Assembly (NCBI GenBank): GCA_963514005.1
Contig: OY740781.1
Coordinates: 113,460,001-113,524,000 of the forward strand
Reading direction: 5' to 3'
From: Raja brachyura
Lineage: Eukaryota
DNA: 64,000 bases
A program made the position numbers and the translations under genes. Below the pieces are notes generated by a model. The model was given only the letters and a program-made list of their open reading frames with translations, did not search any database and was not told the DNA's origin. This document shows, piece by piece, positions 36,181 through 48,310 of this stretch; the stretch's first letter is position 1, and each line of letters begins with the position of its first letter.

Positions 36181-38906
36181 TAGGCTGTGGGCCGAGGAGC
36201 TTTTTTGTGCAAGTTTGTGACCCAACTCACGGAACTACATGAAATTATAACATTGTGTAAAATTATATAAATCATCCCTGAAACTAGTCAAGAACAAAAC
36301 CTGCACATTTTTAATAAATTTGAGAAAAAACTGAAATTTTTCGAGTAGCTTTTGTCCAATCAAAGCACGGTTAGCATTGAGTCAGACGCCAATTGGCCAA
36401 TCGCATGCTTTGTTTCAGGCTAGCTAGACAGGGAGCACACATAATGGCTGAGAGGACTTTTACTGATTGAAACATTGTGAAACAACTGGAACTGAAAGGC
36501 AAATCTGAAGTCTGAATTTATGAAAATTAATCTGTATGGACTTTAATTAATTGCACCCTTTTATAATTTGAATAAAAAAGAGATTTGGAGGCTGTACATT
36601 CATTCATGAAGTTGAGGGCCTAAACTATGTGTATCCATAACAAAGTAAATTAAAAATTGTCACTAATACCAGCTTGTTGAAGTCTAATAAGTCTTGTTTA
36701 ACATCTAATCTTGGAGCTGCCTGCGATCACTTACCGAGAAAAACTGCTCCGACTGCGGGTCCTATGTACTTAACACAGTGAAGCCGCGATCCCCGTTAAG
36801 CAGCCGATTCGCAAACGCGGAGCCGCGGAGTGTGTTGGGATCATCTCTGCGGGGGTGAGGGGAAGGCTGTACATAGTGCCGTCCGTAGCGGCCGTTTCCA
36901 GACACCAACCACGGGAGAACGGAGGAATATTGATTACACTTTATTGACTTCCATTGCAGTGAGAAATGGTCAGAAATGATTGATGTTTATGCTGAAATCA
37001 ATTGGTGTATGTGAACTTGACCTAATTTATCTACGGTAGTAACTTAATCTCATTTACATTAAGAGGGGGGCATTTTACGAGATTTTTTTTTCTGTAGCTT
37101 CTGCCCCTCCACTCTTCAGAGCCCCATGCATTTACACACGCAAAAGTGTTTTGTGTGGCACTGTGCCATAATGAACACTCATTTGCTGACTTGCCATCCC
37201 ATCTACCTGAACATACGTATGTATAATTTCCCCATTGATATGTTGATATTGTCTAACATAATATAAAACATGAAAAGATGTAAAATACTCCCTGACACAT
37301 TTTATCTTCTATTATTATGAGGCAGCAGTATCATACCGAGTGCTATCGTCACTTCTGCATCATAACAACAATAAATCGAGCTTATAGCAAGGTCTAGAAG
37401 GAAGAAAGGTAATGATAGCTCAAACAACAATTCTTTGTATTTATGGTCATATGTTGTTACTTTGAACAATGAAAAGATATATTTGAAGATATTGATTTAT
37501 TTTACTTTTCATTCCTTTTCTGTTTGCTTTTTCCTCTTTCAATTGAGTTCAAGACGCTGAAAAGCCCCAAGCAGGTGAATCACCTCAAGAGGCAGTTCCT
37601 GATGGTGAAGCAGATGAGCTGGCCCCAAAGAGACTGCTTCTCTTTGTCAACAAACAGCAACTGTCGAGCACCCTGACCGCTGTAGATGAAGCTAGATAAA
37701 ACCTGTTCCTTATGTTAACAACATCAGAGGCACGTCTTCCACCAACAGCAGACTCTCAGAAACCCGTCATGAGAGCAAATTACCAGGCTGCTGTACATTC
37801 AAAATGTCTGGAACAGTTTCCACAAATTCCCAGTCTAAAGGGACATGGGTGGAAAATTGTAGGTGGTGAATTGGACATTGACTGGGGGTGATCGGCCTCC
37901 AGCCCCAAGCTAGAATTAACATACTGTTCATACAAGAAAACAAGCTGTGAGAAATCAAGTACCGGGAAAGGAAGATGCTCATGTCAACAACATGGTGTGC
38001 CATGTACAGATTTATGTAAGTATGTTGACTGGAGAAACTCTATTACTGCTTGGACTTGGAATCTGATGAAGAATATTCAGATGATGATTAGATGTAATGT
38101 AAACAAATAAATTATTATATAAAGTTTTATTTTAATGTCGAGCATTTCACTGTTTATTTGGTCAAATTATTTAAACAATGAGTGAATTACATATGATAAT
38201 GGTGTGCTGGTGAATGACTGCGACAGTCCACCCATCCATCCACACACATCCAGCCACATGCACATATCAATCCACACATACAGCCACACACACACCCATC
38301 CACACCCACACATACACACATCCGCATGCACACATACATCCACACACATACATCCATCCACACATAGAAACATAGAAAATAGGTGCAGGTGGAGGCCATT
38401 CAGCCCTTCGAGCCAGCACCGCCATTCATTGTGATCATGGCTGATCGTCCCCAATCAATAACCCGTGCCTGCCATCTCCCCATATCCCTTGATTCCACTA
38501 GCCCCACACACACACACATACATATACATACACACATCCATCCATTCACGCACACATCCACGGATACTCGTTTTACAGTTATACACAGACACACACACAA
38601 ACTACAGATACTCAAATAATGCACACTTTTGGGATTATTTTAGGTTAAAGGTAATAGCACTCATTTGCAAAGGACCTCTGCGGCAGTCTCATTCAAAAAA
38701 CACACTCACAATTATATGGTGCTTACTTTTCCAATCTCATTTTCTAATTAGTAATTAATTAATGTGCAACTTTTGACACTGACGAGTTATGACTTTGTTC
38801 TCAATTATATTTCATCTAAATCTGTGCAAAAATTAAATGTAGTTCCGAGACATGGGTCACGAAAATTGATTTCTAGACACATTTTTGATGCTCGGCCCAC
38901 AGCCTA
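36181..38906 (+). mobile_element. Academ-superfamily DNA transposon, deleted derivative
   Basis: 16-bp TIR taggctgtgggccgag / ctcggcccacagccta, 5'-TAG...CTA-3' termini, and 3-bp TSD ACA. Internal decayed coding 37682-38040: LPPT...RANYQAA...GHGW...IDW...PPAP...CxxxxxxC...RCSC...CTDLC (Cys8-type finger). Confidence 0.75.
38228..38600. repeat. CA-rich low-complexity tract split by a CR1 3' end (about 38362-38503, minus)
   Basis: Imperfect (CA)n/(CATC)n with a catagaaacatagaaaataggtgcagg insertion. Confidence 0.85.
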
Positions 38907-39461
38907 ACATGACTTGTGGGCATCCACAAATATTCAAGCATATTAATTGTGAAGAAAGTTAAAGTTAGATTTATTTTCTAATTAAATTAGAAACGTTGTA
39001 AATTAACAAACAATTCAAATTATTCTGGGAAAGTAGTGTCCATATACCAGAGCATAGTTCAAAAGTTAAAATAGAACATTTTAATTCAAAGACTAGTGGA
39101 ACAAGTACTAAAAAAATTGCTTTGTTGCATATTTAGCTTCCAAACTATTCCTGTACATTTATTATACTGATGCCCACCTGGTGATTGAAGAATTGCTCAA
39201 TTATGGCCATAGCCAACAAAAAGAAGAAAGGTCTCGCTGCCTACTGCAGGTCCCATTGTGTATCCCATTGCAAACAGCACAAAAATACAGGGGAGAGCAC
39301 CAGCCATGAAAGATGACCTTCAATAATAAAGCAATCTCAATTGAGAGGGATAACGGAGCAGCTTCCTCAAATTCAGCTGACGACAGAAACATATACTGTA
39401 TCCAAAGTGGCACAGTGGTAGAGTTTGCTGCCTTACAACGCCAAAGACCCAGATTCAATCA

Positions 39462-39870
39462 ATAGCCAATAGGTGCAGGAGTAGGCAATTCGGCCCTTCG
39501 AGCCAGCACCACCATTCAATGGCTGATCATCCACCATGGCTGATCATCCACAATCAGTACCCCGTTCCTGCCTTCTCCCCATATCCCCCGACTGCATATC
39601 TTTAAGAGCCCTATCTAGCTTTCTCTTGAAAGTATCCAGAGAACCAGCCTGCACTGCCCTCTGAGGCAGAGAATTCCACAGATTCACAACTCTATGTGAA
39701 AAAGTGTTTCCTCTCCGTTCTAAATGGCTTACGCCTTATTCTTAAACTGTGGCCCCTGGTTCTGGACTACCCCAACGTCGGGAACATGTTTCCTGCCTCT
39801 AGCGTGTCCAAACCTTAATAATCTTATATGTTTCAATAAGGTCCCCTCTCATCCTTCTATCCCTTCAATA
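39462..39870 (-). mobile_element. CR1 3' fragment
   Basis: Reverse complement of the family at 7130-7863 and 11255-11575. Confidence 0.85.
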
Positions 39871-40335
39871 AGATCCCCTCTCATTCTTCGGCACAACCTG
39901 TCGAACCGACCCAAATGCCCCATCTACACTAGTTCCATAGACCTCGAAACCTATCCTATCCATATTTCTGGTAAAATATTGCGATAGTACCTGCACAGTT
40001 ACCTCCTCCGACAGCTCCTTCCCTACACCCATCACACTTTGTGTAAAAAAAAGTTACCTCAGGTTCCTATTAAATCTTTTCCTCCCCTCACCTTAAACCT
40101 ATGTCCTTTGGATCTCGATTTCCCCTACTCTGGGCAAAAGACTTTGTGTTTACCCGATCTATTCTCTCATGATTGTAAACCCCTCTTCCTCCACTGCAAG
40201 AAATAAAGTCAGCCTGCTCAACCTCTACCTTTAGCTCAGGTCCAAGAGTCCTGGCAACTTCCTCGTAAATCCTCTCTGCACCATTTCCAGCTTGACAACA
40301 TCTTTCCTATAACATGGTGACCAAAACTGAACATA

Positions 40336-41906
40336 CAGTGCCCTCCATAATGTTTGGGACAAAGACCCATCATTTATTTATTTGCCTCTGTACTCCACAA
40401 TTTGAGATTTGTAATAGAAAAAAACTACATGTAGTTAAAGTGCACATTGTCAGATTTTCGCTGGCATCGCCCCCCCCCCCCCCCCCCCCATTTCAGGGCA
40501 CCATAATGTTTGGGACACAGCAATGTCATGTAAATGAAAGTAGTCATGCTTAGTATTTTGTTGCATATCCTTTGTATGCAATGGCTGCTTGAAGTCTGCG
40601 ATTCACGAACATCACCAGTTGGTGGGTGTCTTCTCTGGTGATGCTCTGCAGGCCTGTATTGCAGCCATCTTTACCTTATGCTTTTTTTGGGGGCTAGTTC
40701 TCTTCAGTTTTCTCTTCAGTATATAAAAGGCATGCTCAATTGGGTTCAGATCAGGTGATTGACTTGGCCACTCAAGAATAGACCATTTTTTAGCTTTGAA
40801 AAACTCCGTTGTTGCTTTAGCAGTATGTTTGGGATCATTGTCTTGCTGCAGAATGAACCGCCGGCCAATGAGTTTTGAGGCATTTGTTTGAACTTGAGCA
40901 GATAGGATGTGTCTATACACTTCAGAATTCTTTATGCTACTACCATCAGCAGTTGTATCATCAATGAAGATAAGTGAGCCAGTACCTTCAGCAGCCATAC
41001 ATGCCCAGGCCACAACACCCCCACCACTGTGTTTCACAGATGAGGTGGTATGCTTTGGATCTTGGGCAGCTCCTTCTCTCCTCCATACTTTGCTCTTGCC
41101 ATCACTCTGATATAAGTTAACCTTCATCTCATCTGTCCACAAGACCTTTTTCCAGAACTGTGGTTGCTCTTTTAAGTACTTCTTGGCAAACTGTAACCAG
41201 GCCATTCTATTTTTGCGGCTAACCAGTGGTTTGCATCTTGCAGTGTAGCCTCTGTATTTCTGTTCATGAAGTCTTCTGCGGACAGTAGTCATTGACAAAT
41301 CCACACCTGATTCCTGAAGACTTTTTGATCTGTTGGACAAGTGTTTGGGGATTTTTCTTTATTATAGAGAGAATTTTTCTGTCATCAGCTGTGGAGGCCT
41401 TCCTTAGCCTGCCAGTCCCTTTGTGATTAGTACGCTCACCAGTGCTCTTTCTTAATGATGTTCCAAACAGTTGATTTTGGCAAGCCTAAGGTTTGGCTGA
41501 TGTCTCTAAAAGTTTTATTCTTGTTTCTCAGTCTCATAATGGCTTCTTTGACTTTCATTGGCACAACTTTGGTCCTCATGTTGATAAACAGCAATAAAAG
41601 TTTCCAAAGGTAATGGAAAGACTAGATGCTGAGAGCTCTCTTATACCTGCATTAAGGAGGCAATTATTATGCACCTGAGCAATTACAAACACCTGTGAAG
41701 CCATGAATCCTAAAAAACATTATGGTGCCCTGAAATGGGGGGGGACTATGTATAGACACAGCTGTAATTTCTACACTGTGAAACCAAAATATATTAAAAT
41801 GAGCACTTTAACCACATGTGATTCTTTCCATTACAAATCTCAAGTACAGAGTACAGAGGCAAATAAATAAATGATGTATTTGTCCCAAACATTATGGAGG
41901 GCACTG
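40336..41906 (-). mobile_element. Full-length Tc1/mariner transposon (IR/DR type, DD34E), 1571 bp
   Basis: TA|cagtgccctccataatgtttgggacaaa ... tttgtcccaaacattatggagggcactg|TA. Long TIRs with inner direct repeats at about 40495-40520 and 41718-41740. Confidence 0.97.
40550..41579 (-). pseudogene. Tc1 transposase, frameshifted
   Basis: ATG at 41579 (MRTKVVPMKVKEAI...LGLPKSTVWNII, HTH). ORF 40612-41340 has WTDE, QQDNDPKH and WPSQSPDLNPIE, with 34 residues between D and E. Ends GYATKY*. Frameshifts near both ends. Confidence 0.92.
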
Positions 41907-41932
41907 TAATACTGTAAATGTGGCCTCACCAA

Positions 41933-43053
41933 TCTATATATTACTAAAAGTCTGATCTTGATCACTTCCTTTTGTTCTGTATATTGATTTTAGAAAAAAC
42001 GCTGCCACTTACGGCTGTGATTTTTGGCCATCTTACTGCGCAGGACAATAGGATTTTTCCCATCGATGAAAAATAAAAGAGTTATTAGTGTTTAAAAAAT
42101 GTTGATTCTCTCTCCTGAAAGCCACGCCCCTTCTGGAGGGACTATAAAACCCAGAAGTGTTGAGTGCCTCAGTCAGTCTCTGCAAGATGGGGGAGCGAGA
42201 GGGACACGTCTCAATATGAGCTGTGAATAACACTGAACACATGTCTACTAAACTGTGAGTGGTTTTACTGACCTGTCAGTGCCCTTAATGTGGTTTGAAA
42301 ATATAGTTTGGAAATGCTAAAGCTGTGTTGCCTTTGGTTTGGAAATGCTAATGCTGTGTTGCCGAATTAAAGTTGCCTTGTCTAATTAAAGTTGCATTGC
42401 CTTCTATATAATTAAAAGTCTAATCTTGACCACTTCCTGTTTGCGCTTTATATTGATTTTAGAAAAAAACACTACCACATACGGCTGTGATTTTTTAGCC
42501 ATCTTACTCAAGAGTCTCCCTCCGCTCATCAGGTGCTGAGGATTTTTCCTATTGATGAAAAATAAAAAAATTATTAGTGTTAAAAAATGTTGAGATTCTC
42601 TCTCCTGTCAATTACACCATGAAGGCCATGCCCCTTCTGGTGGGAAGGGGGAGGGACTATAAAACCCAGAAGTGTGGGCGTGGCTCAGACTCTGCAAGAT
42701 GGAGGAGGGAGTGGTCACGACTCGCTGTCTTTAGTGGCCTTGCACCCTGCTTGAAGTGGTAAGAAACTGCACTTGAATTTGGTGGCTGGCCTTGCACCCT
42801 ACTTGAAATGGAACTGAGAGTCAACTGCCAGCCCACCAGCCGTGAGTGAGCTGCCAGCACAACAGACTTGAGTGACTGAGCCGCCAGCCCAAGAATCCAT
42901 TTGGCCCACAATGTCCATACTAGCCCTCTGGAAACCAGTCCCTTCCCCCACCACTGGCCACCAATATTGGAATTGGTGGAGTGGTGGAATATTGCGTTGG
43001 GGGACCAGCCCTTCCGTGTGGTGCTGGGACCCAACGGGTTCCACTTTGTCTAA
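41933..43053 (+). mobile_element. Non-autonomous Helitron
   Basis: A|TCtatatattactaaaagtc ... gggacccaacgggttcc hairpin, then CTAA|T. Inserted at an AT site of the host CR1 with no TSD. The 5' module is tandemly duplicated (about 41933 and 42404). Confidence 0.85.
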
Positions 43054-45406
43054 TATCATATATAACTGTAACATGACCTCCCAACTTCCATACTTAGTAC
43101 TCTGACTGATGGCCAATGTGCCAAAAGCCTTTTTGAGCACCCCAACTACCTGTGATGCCACTTTCAAGGAAGTATGTACGTGCACTCCCAGATCCCTCTG
43201 CTCTACAATCCTCCCCAGACCCTTGCCATTCACTGTGTAGGTCCATGCCACGTTAAACTTCCCAAAATGCACACCTTGCATTTCTCTGTATTAAATTCCA
43301 TCAACCATTCCTCAGTCCACCTGCCCAACCCAACACGATCCTGCTGCAATTTTTGACAATCGTCTTCACTATCTACAATACCACCCACTTTTGTGTCATT
43401 ACAAACTTGCTGATCATGTCATGTATGTTCTCATCCAAATAATTTGTATAGATGACAAACAGCAATGGGCCCAGCACCAAACCCTGAACAACTCTGTATT
43501 TATTTATTTATGCCTACTATATTCTGTTGTGCTGAAGCAAAGCAAGAATTTCATTGTCCTATCTGGGAAACATGACAATAAACTTTTGAATCTTGAACAC
43601 CAATAGCCACAGGCCTCCAGTCTGATGAGCAATCTTCCACCATCACCCTCAGATTTCTTCCATGAAGTCAGTTATCTTTCCATTCAGCTATCTCTCCTTG
43701 GATCCCATGCAATCCAACCTTCCAGAGCAGCCTACCATGTGCCACCTGTTGAATGCCTTGCTGAAATCCATACAGTATATACAATATCTACAGCTCTGCC
43801 TTCACCAACCTTTTGGTCACATCTTCAAAAAAACACAAATTCGTGAGATCCAACCTCCCGTGCACAAAACCATGCAGACTATACCTAATCTGCCTTTGTC
43901 TATCTAAATGCATATATATCTTATCCCTTGGAATACTCTCTGGTAACTTCCCGACCATGGCTGCAGGCTCAGTGACCTGAAGTTCCCAGGCTTTTCCCTA
44001 CAGCCCTTCTTGAATACGAGGCACAACATCTATTAGCCACCCTCCAGTCTTCCAGCACCTCACCCGTATTTAATGATGACTCATAAATCTCACTCAGGGC
44101 ACCTGCAATTTCACCTCTAGCTTCCCAGATATATCTAAACCGGCCCAGGAGATTGGTCTAACTTCACAGGCGTCGGGACCTTCAGTATCTTCCCCAGTCC
44201 TCCTGTCTTTCTCCATAGTAAAAACAGAGGAGAAATACTCGTTGAAGACCTTACCCACCTACTGTGGCACCACACAGAGTTGACCGCTTTGATTCCCGAG
44301 GGGTCCCATTCTCTCTCTGGATACCCTTTTCCCCTTTATGTACATAAAATCTCTTGGGATTATCCTTAATACTATCTGCCAGAGCTATCTCGTGCCTTAT
44401 GTTTGGCAGAGGCTTTGTGGGCTAAAGGGCCTGTTCTTGTGCTCTTCCTTTTGAACCTTTGCAAATAACTGAAAAACTAAGAATAAACAGTTAATTTCAC
44501 AATTAATAAAATCCTAAGAATAAAAGATGGATAGTTTGGAGGAGTCCGTCACACAACTTGAAGAGACACTGTCACTTAAGGCACAAGAGCAGCTGCAAAT
44601 TTATTTCACATAGAGGAAGAATCATTCATTTACATCCTATTCCATCTGGTATACAGGATTAATTCAACATTCTTCCAGTACAGATTTAACATACAAGTTA
44701 CAACCTTTGCACTCACCATGCATTCTCACTTTCTCTTGAGCAAATCAAAATTAACTCACAAGTTATCACACCTTGTGTTATATGTTAAAACTCACATAAC
44801 ATTCACACACTTCAATCACAATACAATTTTCACCCCAAAGTCCAAAGAAAGAGTAAAACATAATCACACACACCTCACAGAAATCGTTCTTTCCCTTAAG
44901 GCTTTGCTACACAGAACGCTGGAGGACATTGTTCATGCAAAGACACACATTTAAACACCCCCATATCAACCAACATTCTATGGCTTCTAGTTTCCATTAA
45001 CAATTACAAATAGTGAGACATCCTGGTCATTTCCTTGGTTGCTATTGGGTTGACCTACATTCTCAATTAAAGTGGCCTAGTTTCCCACAATTAAAATACA
45101 TACCCTCCAGTTTATGGTTTCTTGCTTCCAGGTTCCCATTATTTACCACCCAATGATTCTCTATGGTTATTTCATAGCGTATGACTATTGGAATAACAAC
45201 CATCTTTTGAATAGTCAGATTAGTGTTAGAGATGATATTCTCAACCAGTTCTTAAGAGTACCTGCATTCAGCTGGCCCTGCCATCCTGGTTCATAAACTG
45301 CTCTGTAATATATCCAGTCACAACTGTAAAGTTGCTGCCTTATGGCGTCTGAGACCCAGGTTCGATCCTGACTGTGGTGCTATCTGTTTGGAGTTTGTAA
45401 ATTCTC

Positions 45407-48310
45407 TTTTTTTTTATAAATATCTTTATTTATTAGCGGTACTGTAAGTAACATCAGTGTACATCCCTTGTATTGTATTACAGTCATTGTACCCCTTATT
45501 TTTTTATTTTTATTTTAAGGCTTTAGAAAAGAGAGAATAGAGAGAAAAATAGCAGCATAGAAAGTAGAAAAGTGAAAAAGAGATGTGAAAGTGCCAAAGC
45601 GTGACAGAGGGAAAGGAAACCCTTGAAGAGATAGAAACGGGAATTAAAAGATAGACCTTGGAGAGGAAAGAAAAAAAGAGGGAAAAATAGAGTAAGAAAA
45701 AAGAAAAGCCAGTTACTTTATTATAAACATCTCGCAAAAGAAATCTACCAACTCGACAATTTTTCTTCCCCCCTTACCAAGATCCGACACCGGTACTTTT
45801 TTGAGGTATTCTTGCACCTTATCCTTGTAATAGATTTATAAATGCAGAACACCTCTTATAGAAACAGTCTTATTTTCCTGCTAGTCGGAGTCTCATATCT
45901 TCCAAGTGTAGTGTTTCGAACATAGATGAAATCCACATATTGACTGTGGGTACCGGAGAATTTTTCCAGAATTTTAAGATTAACCTTTTTCCAGTTATTA
46001 AGCCATATTCAAATAGAGTCTTTTGAAACACGTTTAAATCAGGGCAGTCTTCTGATATCCCAAAGATTATCCAGTCTGCTTCTGGGGTCAGTTTTATTTT
46101 AAATATATTTGTGAAAATTTAAAAAATGTCAGTCCAAAATGTTTGAATTTTTGTACAAAAGACAAATGAGTCTGCTATATTAGCTTCTTGACATTGACAT
46201 TTATCACATATAGGAGAGACGTTGGGAAAAACTACTTAATTTAGTTTTTGAATAGTATAATCTGTGTAAGATTTTAAATTGTATTAAGGCGTCTTACATT
46301 AATTGAGCATTTATGCACATTTAATAAATATTCTTCCCACCTTTCTTTGGGAATTTTTATACTTAATTCTTTTTCCCAGTCTCTCCTGATACCATCTGTT
46401 GTTGGTATTNNNNNNNNNNNNNNNNNNNNNNNNNNNNNNNNNNNNNNNNNNNNNNNNNNNNNNNNNNNNNNNNNNNNNNNNNNNNNNNNNNNNNNNNNNN
46501 NNNNNNNNNNNNNNNNNNNNNNNNNNNNNNNNNNNNNNTTTGTATTCATTACTTCTTCCAGTAAGTCTGGAGGCATATTGTGATAATCTTGTGCATATTT
46601 TTTCAAATAGTCATAGATTTGGAAATATTTAAAATACTGATTGTTTCCCAAATTGTATTTTAGTTGTATTTGTTTAAATGATAATAGTTTTCCCGATTCA
46701 TACACATCTCCAAAGATTTTAATTCCAGCTCTTTCCCATGGTGTAAATGCTTTATCTATAGTTGAAGGTTTAAATGAGGGGTTTTTAGGAGATAGGAGAT
46801 AAGAGAGATAAGTTTCTTAATTTTAGATTGTGTTTTATTTGTTTCCAAATTCTGATTGTACTGTATATAATTGGATTATTGTTGTAATTTATATTATTCA
46901 TTGATATTGGAGAGAGAAGGATTGCGCCAATATTATAAGGAGAGCAATCCTCTCTCTCCATAATCGTCCAATCTGGTTGTTGGGGGGAGTTATCCAGCAA
47001 TTGGATCATGTTTCTGATATTTACAGACCAGTAGTAATACATAAAATTGGGGAGTGCTAATCCCCCTACTACTTTGGGTTTATTCAGATGAGCTCTTTGT
47101 ATTCTGTGGGATTTATAATCCCAAACAAAATTTGTGATATCCGAGTCGAGTTTTTTAAAAAAACTTTTTGGGTAAATATATTGGAATAGATTGGAACAGG
47201 TATAAAATTTGTGGTAGAAAAATCATTTTTATGGCATTTATTCGGCCTATTAAGGACATCAGAAGCGTTTTCCAAAATTTAATCAAGTACATAGTTTCTT
47301 AAGTAGAGGGTTATAATTTTCGTCAAACATATCTTGATATCTTCTAGTAATTTTGATGCCCAAGTATTTAAATTTTTCCGTAGCTATTTTGAAAGAAAAC
47401 TGTAAAAGATGCGTGGAGTCTTTTGGTTTTATTGACATGATTTCACTTTTATTCCAATTTATTCTATATCCTGAGAATGATTCGAAGTCCTCTATTAATT
47501 TTAAAATATTTGGTATAGTAATATGAGGTTTTGTGATGTACAAAAGTACGTTGTCAGCGTATAGTGATATTTTATTATTGGAGTATTTTGTTTTGTATCC
47601 ATGGATATTCGGATGAGTTCTAATTCTTTCCGCTAGGGGTTCAATTATGAGGGCAAATAATAATGGTGATAATGAACATCCTTGTCTATTTCCCCTTGAC
47701 AAATGAAATTTCGTAGATAAATTATTGTTCATTAATATTCTGCCCGTTGGCTTATTATATAGTAATTTAATCCATAGAATAACATTCTCTCCCAGTTGAA
47801 ATTCTTGCAATACCATGAGCATATAATCCCATTCGACCTGATTGAATGCTTTCTCTGCATCCAACGCTATGATTGAGAGTTTTTGATCTTCAGTTTGGTG
47901 TGAATGCATTATATTGAACAGACGTCTCAAATTATTAAATGATTGTCTCTTAGGGATAAACCCCGTTTGATCCGGATGTATTAATTTACTAGCATATTTA
48001 CTTAGTCTTCTAGCTAGTATTTTTGCTAATATTTTTTGATCTGTATTTAACAACGCAATAGCTCTGTATGATCTAGGTTCTTCCACATCCTTATCTTTCT
48101 TAAGTATTAGTGTGATCGTGGATTCTACGAGTGTTTCAGGTAGTGTTTGTTCTTTGAAGGCATAAGTATACATTTTCTGTAGGCTGGGGTAAATATGTCA
48201 TGAAAACTTTTATAGAATTCATTACTAAATCCATCCGGACCTGGCGTTTTTCCATTTTTTAATGAGATTATTGTTTCTTCTATTTCCTTATTTGAGATTT
48301 GTGCTCCCAA
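45407..48310 (-). mobile_element. L1-clade LINE, 5'-truncated
   Basis: GKTPGPDGFSNEFYK; ORF 47283-48173 YRAIALLNTDQKILAK, LDAEKAF, RQGCSLSPLLF, LYADN; C-terminal CDKC. PolyA signal and tail at 45407-45435. 13-bp TSD tttgtaaatt(c/t)tc at 45394-45406 and 48311-48323. Confidence 0.92.
46410..46538. other. Assembly gap (N run)
   Basis: Ns within the L1. Confidence 1.

Larger units (their letters stand above)
39900..44400 (-). mobile_element. Old CR1 LINE interrupted by Tc1 and Helitron insertions
   Basis: ccaaaactgaacata | Tc1 | taatactgtaaatgtggcctcaccaa | Helitron | tatcatatataactgtaacatgacctcc rejoins into CR1 RT. ORF 42799-43281 includes QRDLGVHVHTSLK. Confidence 0.75.

Noticed and set aside
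38167-38758. Cys/Val- and His/Thr-rich ORFs
   Set aside because: Translations of CA/TG microsatellite.
39405-39460. tRNA gene
   Set aside because: Only A/B-box-like remnants of a SINE head, with no cloverleaf.
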